From Haliotis rufescens (taxonomy: Eukaryota), in contig NW_025963924.1 in NCBI RefSeq assembly GCF_023055435.1, positions 11,904,001-11,968,000 on the forward strand: a stretch of 64,000 bases of DNA, given 5' to 3'. The translations under genes were made by a program, and so were the position numbers. Below are positions 38,501-50,854 of this stretch, one piece after another; positions within the stretch are counted from its first letter, which is position 1; every line of letters starts with the position of its first letter. Below the pieces are notes generated by a model that worked only from the letters and a program-made list of their open reading frames with translations, was not told the DNA's origin and made no database searches.

Positions 38501-39079
38501 CTTGTACTAATCCGAATCCGCTCATTCTCCAACTGCACAAAATCACAAACCGAGCTTCGTCACATGACACATTTCAAACTCATATTTATATAGCTCATGC
38601 CTCCGGATACTAGTGATAACATTAAAGACGTTAAAACATAAAGACGTTCTGATTTCCCAAGTAAAACCAGTCATCATAATTCACAAATCTTTTACTACAG
38701 CTTCTTCAACAGCAAGCAACAACAATCAAGCTCGGTTTTTCTGACAAAATGTGTGAAATCGTCCGACTAAGGTGAAAAAGAACCTTAAACAGATTTTGTA
38801 AATGATTTTTGCAAATGCGTGCTTCACAAATACTATCTATAGCTTCAGTCAAGACTGAAATGAAGGCTAACAGTTGACTAGACCAGAACATAAGGCATCT
38901 GTGAAATGACAAAAAAAACCACTTTAATGTTGAAATTAATAAATGATCCGAGTCATATGCGCAAACAACCTGACCTGTAAAGACTAGGCAAAGTTGGTGT
39001 CGATGTGGATCCCCAAATTAACAGCTAGGAAGTCAAGTAATTCACAGATTGTTTTGGCAGTAACCACCACCTCAACCCC

Positions 39080-39960
39080 TGGCTACCATCACCGTCAACC
39101 CTTCTCCATCGCCATAACCCGTGGCTCCTATCACCATCAACTCTTCTCCATCCCCATAACCCGTGGCTCCTATCAACATCAACCCTTCTCCATCGCCATA
39201 ACCCGTGGCTCCTATCACCATCAACTCTTCTCCATCCCCATAACCCATGGCTCCTATCACCATCAACTCTTCTCCATCCCCATAACCCATGGCTCCTATC
39301 ACCATCAACTCTTCTCCATCCCCATAACCCATGGCTCCTATCAACATCAACTCTTCTCCATCCCCATAACCCATGGCTCCTATCACCATCAACTCTTCTC
39401 CATCCCCATAACCCATGGCTCCTATCACCATCAACACTTCTCCATCTCCATAACCCATGGCTCCTATCACCATCAACTCTTCTCCATCCCCATAACCCAT
39501 GGCTCCTATCACCATCAACTCTTCTCCATCCCCATAACCCATGGCTCCTATCACCATCAACTCTTCTCCATCCCCATAACCCATGGCTCCTATCACCATC
39601 AACTCTTCTCCATCCCCATAACCCATGGCTCCTATCACCATCAATTCTTCTCAATCCCCATAACCCATGGCTCCTATCACCATCAACTCTTCTCCATCCC
39701 CATAACCCATGGCTCCTATCACCATCAACTCTTCTCCATCCCCATAACCCATGGCTCCTATCACCATCAATTCTTCTCCACCACCATCACCGTCAACCCT
39801 TCTCCATCACCATAACTCATGGCTCCTATCACCATCAATTCTTCTCCACCACCATCACCGTCAACCCTTCTCCATCACCATAACCCATGGCCAACATCAC
39901 CGTCAACCCTTCTCCATCACCATAACCCATGGCCACCATCACCGTCAACCCTTCTCCAAC
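39080..39960. repeat. 42-bp minisatellite (same unit as 26878-31237), ~20 copies
   Basis: Same unit and same intron position in the paralog. Confidence 0.97.
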
Positions 39961-41064
39961 ATCAAAACCTATGGCTCGTATCCTCGTCAACCATCAACTC
40001 TTCCCAAACTGCTTAATCCATGGCCTCCATCCACGTCTACCCTCCTTCTCTGCCGACAGTCATAGCATTTACCCTCACACTATCAACACACTCCTCCATC
40101 CCCACTGTTCCTGTCCCAACCTTTGCCCCGCCACGCCTCCCTTGTCTGGTTGTAACACATATTTACGCCAGAATTGATATATATGTCGTGTCTAGAGCAG
40201 GATAATGCCACACAATCTGATCTAATTTGACCTTAAAGAAATCAAAGGCCGACGCAATGTTGGAGAACAGGGTAATTAGCAATGGGCCCTAGCCTATCAG
40301 AGGAACCAGGTTCAGTGCAGGGAGGTCCCTTGCCAGAAGCACACAATGTCGTAATGCCAGACATGAGACGTGTATTAGAAACTACGTTTGCAAGGCCCTA
40401 CTACGAACTTGTGGAAACATCAATGCGAGTGCATCTATATTAAGTGATTCATGAAGATTGAAATTACGCCACGACGGGGAACACAAGGAATGGATTTCAC
40501 GTACTGTCTGCAAGATAAATGTATGCACTACCAAGGGCATATTATAGATACACGAATAGAGCATCCCCAAAACTGCTTTAGAAATACGGATAGAGTATTA
40601 ACCCAACTCTTTCTATTGACACTGAATGAGCATCACTCATCCTGGTCTAGAAACTCGGATATGAGCCTTGCTAAACCTGTTCTCGAGGCGACATTTGTGC
40701 TCATTGGACGTGTCATCTCATGGATAGTCGTCTCAAACGTGAGGTTCACCTTCCATTCATCTTTCCCCTATCAGAATATCTGACCTCAGTGCCACCATCT
40801 TCAATCAGTTGTGTCGGGATGAGATCTGTAACTCAGGGGGATGTAACCTCACCGATGGTAATACATCAAGCTCACTTCCCTATCTCTCAACTAGTGAAGT
40901 TAATTACTTATTTTCCTTCTTGTGTTATCTGTCATCGGTCCAGTTTGTTATCCGAGGAGGTCAAGACATGTTTACGGAATTCCAGGTTTGACTGAAACGA
41001 AGATCAGGTGGTCACCAAGGCTGTATAAATAACACTAAACTGTACGTCTATATATAGTTGTGAC

Positions 41065-41153
41065 CTGGTCCCATTTGCACAAAACGATCTCAGTGCTAAG
41101 ATGATCTTAACTCCAATACCTTAACATAGGATCGCTTTGTGCAAGTGGACCCT
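41065..41153. mobile_element. Short MITE-like inverted-repeat element
   Basis: GGTCCCATTTGCACAAAACGATC ... GATCGCTTTGTGCAAGTGGACCC imperfect TIRs. Confidence 0.5.
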
Positions 41154-42989
41154 GACTGCCATTATAAGCATGCAGCGTGGATCGTACATCACACTTTCAA
41201 TCGCTGTAGTGTCCCGTCCACAACTGTAGTATTTTTGTATTTCAAACCAAAACAAACAATTAACAATGTTTGCTATTCAACGTTATTCCGCATTGACAGG
41301 ATTACATAGCGATATATTTCTGCTGAGTGTACTATAGGATTGTCCACAACCAACAGAGTAGTTGAGAAATGAGAAACGCGATGAGATCGTCAGAGTCACA
41401 GTGTCAGGATTCGCCCTGATCGTTCTCGGTTTCACCCAAAAGTTAAACACCTAGACCTGCATCACCTCTGATTCCCCTTGCAGAAGCTTACAGACCTAAT
41501 ACAAATCAAATATTATTCAAAATCGTTCAACGTAACTCACATTAAACCGGTAATGTATATTCAACTGCATCGTATCTGGGGTCAGTTATGTGATTGTAAC
41601 CAGGGAACGGTTGGTCCACTGTCGGTGCCGCTGTGCAGACCCTTAATACCTGGGGCCCGCTTCACAAAGCGTTGCGTAGAACTACGACTGTATCTCAGAA
41701 TCATCTAGATATTGTTCCGTGACTGTGGAAGACAATACACGCAAATTTAGTTTCCTAACAATCCAGCCACGTCGTGATTGAAAAATGACAGTGCCAACCC
41801 AGATCTATGACAGCTATTTCCAACATACCGAATCGATCCTCCCTCATTAATGTAACACATTCTCATTACTTACGATGCTGAGTGAGCTCGATCCCTTCCA
41901 ATTACTACTTGATGCATTTCAACAACCGCAAATGATGCAAACATGTTCAAGGGCGTATTACCTCAAGTTCCTGTGCTATGCAGTGTTACTATATATATTT
42001 GGAGAACTGTGAATAGTTTGGAAAGGACACCTATATCCAGCCGTGAAGAAAATTCACCTTTCGGTCAGCTTGTTTGAGCGATTTTTATACACATGTTGAA
42101 TGCACTATTAACCGCCATGGCCTTTCCTGTATGATTGCGGACCCAACGATACATGGTAAAATGTCATTAGGTGTTTTGCTAGCATGACGGCTATCTGCAG
42201 TAAATTGTCCATTTCTTCTTCGTTCAATCAGAGTCATTCAGATTCGGATAAAGGAGCAAACGAAGCATTTTTTCTTTGTAATGCAGTAATAACACAACTC
42301 CCATTTGACGTAAGAAGAAAATACATGATCACACTTCATGTAATCTTCAAGATCAGCTGCTCAGATCTGTTAGTGACAACATTTGTATTAACGGCTCGCT
42401 CTCTTCCAACACTAAATTTTACAAACTGCAATTGCGAAGTATGAAGTGACAGCCATTAATGCTGATACATTAACAATTAATCCAAAGTAAGTTTATGTAT
42501 TGAGGGTATATCGTTTTGATGTAGTGAGATAATGATTTTGCACCTGAGGACATGTAACATCTTTCCAACGACATCCGTAATCTGAAACCGAGTAAGTTAA
42601 AAACTATGACCATCATGTTATGGCGTGGGTGAATCCAGAGTAAGGAATCAGAATGGAAGTCAGAACAATGTCAGTCTTCTAACGACGACTGGCTATGGTG
42701 TAATGAGGAGCAAGTAAATGGGTGAGTCAATGCTGTTTCAACGGTACAGTCAGCAATAATCCTGCTAAATATTTTGGCCTGTCTATAATCAATCAAATTG
42801 AACATGAAAATGATAGAGAACTTTACTGTTACTAAATTATTATTATTTACAACTGACGTTGTAAATGTCTTTAAAAATAGACAATTATTGCATTCTGGAT
42901 GTATTTTATGAAAATGTGAAGGAATATGGTGAACTCGTTATATTATATTCATATAGTGTGTTATACTATCAATCTATAATCTGAATACC

Positions 42990-43930
42990 TTAAGGATTAT
43001 GATATCTCTGAACAACGTGCAGGAAGTATAGGGGATGCTGACGTTGTCATTCTTAGAGAGGCAGTCAAGTCATCTGACACACACAATAGAGTATATGTTG
43101 TTTCAGATTATACAGATGTTCTTGTCTTGCTGATGCACCATGTCGATCCCAAATCTGATGTATATATGAAGACAAAAACACAAACAATATCAATACAAGA
43201 ATCACAGCGTTCAATTGGTTATCATCAGTGCCAGTTGTTGCCGTGTTTACATGCTGTTTCTGCATGTGACACTACTGTATTTGGCTTTGGTAAAGTGAAG
43301 CATTTGGCTTTGGTAAAGTGAAGCATATGAACTTCAAACAGCAGTCAAAGTGTTTGGGGAGGAGGATGTGCATTGGGTGATGTGAAGAAAGCAGGAGAGA
43401 GGTATGTTTCTGGACTTTCATCTTTAGATGACCTGCGATACCTGAACATCATATCTACTAGATGGACCTTTAGCTGCTTTTAAATATTTACTTCAATCAT
43501 TAAGTTGCTGCAAACATTCAAATCGGAATGAAGACCAACATTTGGACAGTTTATGCAAGTATGTATAAAGGGAGACAACTCAAGTATGGCCTTGCCACAC
43601 ATCACCTTGTTAATTGTTAATTTTTTAAACAATTAATCCCAATTCCATTTTCTATCTTCATAATCTGTATTTGTTACCAAATATGGCAAATTATCACCAT
43701 TATGTGTTTAAAGATATCCTGATTAAAGCCTCCATGAAGAAACCATTTTTCCCTTTTTCTAACATATTTGTCCCAGTAAATAAAATGGTTAAAAATATAT
43801 TTGCCAGGGGTTGATTTTGATTTGATTTGGTTTGGTATGGTGTGACAGAATATGTATATGATTCATTTTAACATAACATTTGTCTGTTATCAAAAATGTC
43901 TAGGTGTTTCAATATTTCTACTGGCCCATA
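42990..43930 (+). mobile_element. DNA transposon fragment with XPG/H3TH-like motif (Academ-like)
   Basis: TDVLVLLMHH...LHAVSACDTTVFGFGK; present only in the P6 intron; superfamily from recall. Confidence 0.5.
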
Positions 43931-43949
43931 TTATATTCATGTATAATAT

Positions 43950-44170
43950 TTGTTTGTTTGTTGTTTAACCCCGCACTCACCAATATATTAGCTATATAAC
44001 GGCGATCTGTAAATAATCGAGTTTGGACCAGACAATCCAGTGATTAATATCATGAGCACCGATCTACGCAATTGGGATCGATGACATGCATCAACCAAGT
44101 CAGCGAGCTTGACCACCCGATCCCGTTAGTCGTCTCTTACGACAAGCATAGTCGCCTTTTCCGGCAATCA
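43950..44170 (-). mobile_element. SINE family C
   Basis: CCAGACAATCCAGTGAT...GACCACCCGATCCCGTTAGTCGTCTCTTACGACAAGCAT. Confidence 0.85.
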
Positions 44171-44650
44171 TGTATAATGCCATGATGAACTCGTTATATT
44201 ATATCCAGGCATAATGGTGTGATCAACCAGTTATATTGTATTCATGTATAATGCTATGGTGAACTCGTTATATTATATCCAGGCATAAAGGTGTGATCAA
44301 CCAGTTATATTGTATTCATGTATAATGCTATGGTGAACCCGTTATATTATATCCAGGCATAATGGTGTGATCAACCAGTTATATTGTATTCATGGATAAT
44401 GCTATGGTGAACTCGTTATATTATATCCAGGCATAATGGTGTGATCAACCAGTTATATTGTATTCATGTATAATGCTATGGTGAACCCGTTATATTATAT
44501 CCAGGCATAATGGTGTGATCAACCAGTTATATTGTATTCATGTATAATGCTATGGTGAACTCGTTATATTATATCCAGGCATAATGGTGTGATCAACCAG
44601 TTATATTGTATTCATGTATAATGCTATGGTGAACTCGTTATATTATATCA
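44170..44650. repeat. 74-bp minisatellite, ~6.5 copies
   Basis: TATTCATGTATAATGCTATGG recurs every 74 bp (44239, 44313, ...). Confidence 0.95.
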
Positions 44651-47019
44651 TTCATCTATATCAGAAAAAACAAACGCCTTCTAATGAAGCAGGATGTGTT
44701 TCGTTTAGCATTTCAAGACTCTGAATACATCTCAGGTGACCACAGTACCACCAAAAGAGAAAGCATCTAATGAATGTAAATACAATACCTTTCTTGTGAA
44801 CATATCACTTGAAGGCAGGATTAGTATAACTAGACGGTGTTGTATGCTCTTTAAATGTTGGTGTGATAGTGAGAACGGAACAGCGTCCTATTTATCCGAA
44901 ATCTCAATTACCTCTGAATGTTATCCTGTTTCAAGTTGTACATTAAATCTGAGAAGACTGTGTGATTCATTTTAATAAACGCCACAAACACCTCGGCTTA
45001 TACATGTAATTTGACAGATCGAAGGATGTGCCTGACATTGTGAAGGAGCTTTCGAGTTTTAACCTCGTTATCAGTGGGTGAAACATTGATGCAGGGATAG
45101 GTGATTGTGAGCGATCACTTGTAAGAGATGGGCGTTGAGCTGATCTGGTACATGTTTATATATCACTGATATGTAATCTTGCATATTTTAGCCACGGGTT
45201 CCCCAACACGTGTTTGAACAACAATTTAACGAAAGAATTTCTTCAAAAAAGAAATCCAAATCCCCTCATTTTCCAACTGCACGTCGCCAGTGACAAAACC
45301 GAGCTTCGTCACGTGACACATTTCAAACTCATGTTTCCAGAGCAACCGTTTCTTCAAATGTCCAAGCACATGCCTCCGGATAGTAGTGATAACATTAAAG
45401 ACGTTAAAACATTAATACCTTCTGATTTCCCCAGTAAAACCAGTCATCATAATTCACAAATCTTTTACTACAGCTTCTTCAACAGCAAATCAACAGCAAT
45501 CAAGCTCATGTTTTTCTGACAAAACGTGTGAAACCGTCCGACTAAGGTGATAAAGAACCTTAAATGAATTTTGTAAATGATTCTTTTTCCATTGCGTGCT
45601 TCACAAATGCTATGGCTTCAGTTCAGACTAAAATGAAGAAGGCTAACAGTTGACTGGACCAGAACATTAGGCATCTGGGAAATGACATTTCTTATAAATG
45701 TTAAAATCAATAAATTATCCTATTCATATGCATAAACAACCCGACCAGTAAGGAGGGGGCACTGCTTGTGTCCATGAGGATGCCCTGAATGTTTTATCCC
45801 CAAATTAACAGCTAGGAAGTCAAGCAATTCACATATTGTTTTGGCAGTAACCACCACATTAACCCATGGAGCCTATCACTGTCAACTTTTCTCCAACACC
45901 TTAACCCATGGCTACCATCACCATCACCCCTTCTCCAACACCATAACCTATGGCTACCTTCACCGTCACCTCTTCTCCACCACATTACCCATGGCTTCTT
46001 TGACCGTCAACCCTTCCCCACTGTCTTAACCCATGGCTCCTATCACAATTAACTCTTCACGGCTACCAAAACCCATGGCTCCTATCACCGTCAACCCTTC
46101 CCCACCACCAAAACCCATGGCTCCTATCACCGTTAATCTGTCTCCAACACCATAACTCATGGCCTCTATCACCATGAAGTCTTTCCCACCAGCTTAATCG
46201 AAGGCCTCCATCCGCAATGTTGGAGAACAGGGTAATTAGCAATGGGCCCTCGCCTATCAGATGAACCAGGTTCAGTGCAGGGAGGTCCCTTGCCAGAAGC
46301 ACACAATGCAGTAATGCCAGACATGAGACGTGTATTAAAAAAGGTTAGTAAATGGAAGTTCACCTTTAAAACAGGAGCAAACCTTTTGAAAAGCGAGACA
46401 AATGAAGATTTTAACGTACTTAATTTTAAAAAAAGGTGTTGTGTTGTCGCAGCTGTCAACTCACTCAGACATATAACACTGAAAGTTATTTCAGCTTTAA
46501 ACTTTTAAAATCTTATCTTTTGTGTGTAATCTCAAACTCATGAGACCAAATAATGGACGCACTTGACAGACAGTGATATATTTACTTGTTTTAAATTCCA
46601 CAAAGTTGCATGTTATTTGCAAAAGTAAATTCAGTTTAAGACATTGAGATATCAATAATTTGATATACACTTGCACACACATAATAGAAAACATAAACTA
46701 TACAGACGTATGTTTCTCCACGTTCCTGAATTTGCCAATGAAATGTGCCATTTACAATAGAATTAAGGAAGTACAGAATTGCCTGAACAACTGGTTTAAA
46801 TTTCACTTTACGTTTACAGCGATGTAGGTACTATAGATATGGAGAAGTGCTCCCCACTCTTTGAAATGCTTACTTGTGCTTTTCAAAACTGTTAAAGTGG
46901 CAAGTACCAACTTCGAGATACAAGTACAACATTCCACAGTAAAGTCAACGATGAAATGGAGTCCAAGGTTCGAGATTTGCAAACTATAAAAATGGTTGCT
47001 ACAATTTTGTGGTAACTTT

Positions 47020-47520
47020 AAAAAACACTGATGAGCAAAACGAAACTATGCCAAAATCAAATTGATCAGAATCTGGATTCCAACAAGAACAGGTGTTCAT
47101 AAGTCATGTAAAACCAATCGTAGAAAAAACAACAGACAAGGGTGCTGCTGAAAATCATGCTTTAGTTCACTAAAATCAGGGACAATTACTTTAATAGCTG
47201 AAATTGGAAACGCACATGTGGCATGATCACAGACTACACATGTGTATAAAACAGCTCACAATGTTCGTCAATAATATCGGCAGAACAGACAAAGGGGCAA
47301 TTGGTATGTTACAGTTGGGTGCCAGACTTGACACCGTCGCTTGACTCCTTGGTCAATGTATAAGGACTGAATCAACCACAAGATTGCTGTCACGATATCG
47401 TGAAACAGGGCACGCCCGGGGCAATGACACGACTCGCCACACCCAACGAAGAGCTTTATTTACGTCATCTTTGTTTTTGGAACCTCTTCTTGATTGTGAC
47501 GCCATCAGCGCCAACATTTG
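47020..47520 (+). mobile_element. Tc1-like relic within the duplicated unit
   Basis: CACTGA...AAAA terminus; GAIGMLQLG-like transposase N-terminus; homologous starts at ~22849 and ~34330. Confidence 0.45.
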
Positions 47521-47609
47521 AAATAACCTCATGTCATTGGGTTATCGTTGGGTTTAGTTTTCTTTTCTCGTCAGTATACTTTGATTATTACCCTGGCATT
47601 GACCAATCA

Positions 47610-49230
47610 CTAGAACACCTCTTTACCCACTACTCTTGTACAACCCTACCGCGAAGACCTCTTTACCCAATACTCTTCTACAACCCCACCGAGAACACCT
47701 CTTTACCCACTATCAAATCTTGTGCAACCACCGATAAGACCTCTTTACCCACCACTCTTGTACAACCCCACCGAGAAAACCTCTTCACCCACGATCAAAT
47801 CTCGTACAACCCCACCGAGAAGACCTCTTTACCCACCACTCTTGTACAACCCCAACGAGAACACCTCTTCACCCACGATCAAATCTCGTACAACCCCACC
47901 GAGAAGACCTCTTTACCCACCACTCTTGTACAACCCCACCGAGAACACCTCTTCACCCACGATCAAATCTCGTACAACCCCACCGAGAACACCTCTTCAC
48001 CCACTATCAAATCTTGTACAACCCCACCGAGAATACCTCTTCACCCACCACTCTTGAACAACCCCACCGAGAACACCTCTTCACCCACGATCAAATCTTG
48101 TACAACCCCACCGAGAAGACATCTTCACCCACGATCAAATCTCGTACAACCCCACCGAGAAGACATCTTTACCCACTACTCTTGTACAACCCCACCGAGA
48201 ACACCTCTTTAACCACTATCAAATCTTGTACAACCCCACCGAGAATACCTCTTCATCCACGATCAAATCTTGTACAACCACCGAGAACACCTCTTAATCC
48301 ACTATCAAATCTTGTACAACCCCACCGAGAATACCTCTTCACCCACGATCAAATCTTGTACAACCACCGAGAAGACCTCTTTACCCACCACTCTTGTACA
48401 ACCCCACCGAGAACACCTCTTAAACCACTATCAAATCTTGTTCAACCCCACCGAGAATACCTCTTCACCCACGATCAAATCTCGTACAACCCCACCGAGA
48501 AGACATCTTTACCCACTACTCTTGTACAACCCCACCGAGAACACCTCTTAAACCACTATCAAATCTTGTACAACCCCACCGAGAATACCACTTCATCCAC
48601 GATCAAATCTTGTACAACCACCGAGAACACCTCTTTACCCACCACTCTTGTACAATCCCACCGAGAATACCTCTTAAACCACTATCAAATCTTGTACAAC
48701 CCCACCGAGAATACCTCTTCACCCACGATCAAATCTTGTACAACCTTCGAGAAGACCTCTTTACCCACCACTCTTGTACAACCCCACCGAGAACACCTCT
48801 TAAACCACTATCAAATCTTGTACAACCCCACTGAGAATACCTCTTCACCCACGATCAAATCTTGTACAACCACCGAGAAGACATCTTTACCCACCACTCT
48901 TGTACAACCCCACCGAGAACACCTCTTAAACCACTATCAAATCTTGTACAACCCCACCGAGAATACCTCTTCACCCACCACTCTTGTACAACCCCGCCGA
49001 GAAGACCTCTTTACCCACCACTCTTGTACAACCCCACCGAGGAGACCTCTTTACCCACCAATCTTGTACAACCCCACCGAGGAGACCTCTTCATCCACCA
49101 ATCTTGTACAACCCCACCCCAGAAGACCTTTTTACCCACCACTCTTGTAAAACGCCACCGAGAACACCTCTTTACCCACTATCAAATCTTGTACAATTCC
49201 ACCGAGACCAGACCTCTTTTACCACTATCC
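47610..49230. repeat. Mixed 40/44-bp minisatellite
   Basis: Core CTTGTACAACCCCACCGAGAA.ACCTCTT with or without ATCAAAT. Confidence 0.95.
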
Positions 49231-50229
49231 ACTTGTGTAAAACCTCTCTTACGAGATCAAGCAGCCTAAGTACAACATTATAAAAGCAATTGTCCTCATC
49301 CTTTTCGGACCTCTATCCCCACTTTCAAGCAAGCTCTGTCCATCCACTCAACATCCGTTTTCATCTCACTAAACTTCGCGATAGACAACCTCAAGCAAGC
49401 CAAGTCCACTCCCTCGCAATAGCCATGCAAAAAGGCCCCACGTCATTCCTCATTCCTCATTCCACATTCCTTTGCTTGCTCTCTTAACCATTACGAAAGA
49501 AAACATCAAACCACCCATGTCCACTCCCTGAAATTCCCACGGATAGGCCCAACCTCATTCCTCATTCCTTCGCTATTTCCCTGGCAAGACACACAAGCCT
49601 TGCACGTCGTGCCGCAGATAGCATCTGTTAGATACATTTACCTTGTTATAGAAATAAGCACGTTGTCATCACCTTGACTCTTTGCTCATTATATTGTCTC
49701 GTCTGTCACTGCCGCAGCCTGAGTTCGATCACAGCAACTCCAGCCACGTCGTGATTGAAAACTGGCTGTGCCAACCCAGAATCACGACAGTTATTTCCAA
49801 CATACCGAATCGATCCTCCCTCATTAATGTAACACATTCTCATTGCTTACGATGCTGAGTGAGCTCGATCCCTTCCAATTACTGCTTGATATATTTCAAC
49901 AACCGCAAATGATGCAAATATGTTCAAGAACGTATTACCTCAAGTTCCCGTGCTATGCAGTGTTACTATATTATATGTGGAGAACAGTGAATACTTTTTG
50001 AAAGAGCCCTTCATTCAGACGTTAAGAAAAATCACTTACAGGAAGTTTGTTTGAGCGATTTTTTGTACACATATTGAATGCACCTATTAACCGCCATGGC
50101 CTTTTCTGTTTGCCTGCAGAATCAATGATACATGGTAAAAGGTACTGCTATCTGCAGTGTATTGCCGATTTTTCATTTTTTCACCCTCTTCCTTCCTTTG
50201 ATCAATCAGAATCATTCAGATTCGGATAA

Positions 50230-50850
50230 AAGTAACAAACGAAGCATTTTTTCTTTGTAATGCATTGACGTGACGCGAGAAGAAAATACATGATCATCCT
50301 TTATGTAATAAGTAACAAACGAAGCATTTTTTCTTTGTAATGCATTAACGTGACGCGAGAAGAAAATACATGATCATCCTTTAAGTAACAAGTAACAAAC
50401 GAAGCATTTTTTTCTTTGTAATGCATTAACGTGACGCGAGAAGAAAATACATGATCATCCTTTATGTAATCTTCAAGATCAGCTACTCAGATCTGTTAGT
50501 GACAACATTTGTATTAAGGGATAGCTCTCTTCCAACGCTAAATTTTACAAAGCGATGTCAGGAAGTATGACGTGACAGCCATTAATGCTGATACTTTAAC
50601 AATTAATAGAAAGTAAGTTTATGTATTGAGGTTATACAGTTTTGATGTAGTGAGATAATGACTTTCCACTTGATAACATGTAACATCTTTCCAACGACGC
50701 CCGTAATCTGAAACATATTTTTTCTTTGTTATGCATCAATAACACAATTCCCATCTAAAGTGAGAAGAAAATACATGATCATCCTTTATGTAATCTTTAA
50801 GATCAGCTACTCAGATCTGTTAGTGACAGCATAGCTGCATTTTGTTTTGT
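50230..50850 (-). pseudogene. P7: last exon only (acceptor 50707), with an internal 80-bp triplication (50231, 50311, 50391)
   Basis: DYGRRWKDVTCYQVESHY; upstream exons replaced by LINE sequence. Confidence 0.65.
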
Positions 50851-50854
50851 TGCT

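Larger units (their letters stand above)
36720..41963 (-). pseudogene. P5: paralog; signal exon 38898-38699 (ATG 38891), exon 37775-37616, last exon 37019-~36720
   Basis: MFWSSQLLAFISVLTEAIDSICEARICKNHLQNLFKVLFHLSRTISHILSEKP in the ORF track; AAA G|AT TAC phase-1 junction; in-frame stops. Confidence 0.72.
42250..49940 (-). pseudogene. P6: paralog; putative non-coding exon ending 49642, signal exon 45674-45472 (ATG 45667), exon 44948-44789, last exon 42581-~42250
   Basis: MFWSSQLLAFFILV*TEA; DYGCRWKDVTCPQVQNHY; RSEQLILKIT*SVIMYFLLTS; same splice sites as P4/P5. Confidence 0.72.

Noticed and set aside
42520-42581. C-type lectin WND-C motif suggested by RWKDVTC
   Set aside because: P4 reads RLKDVIC; no following (F/Y)ICE and no WIGL/EPN motifs in other exons.
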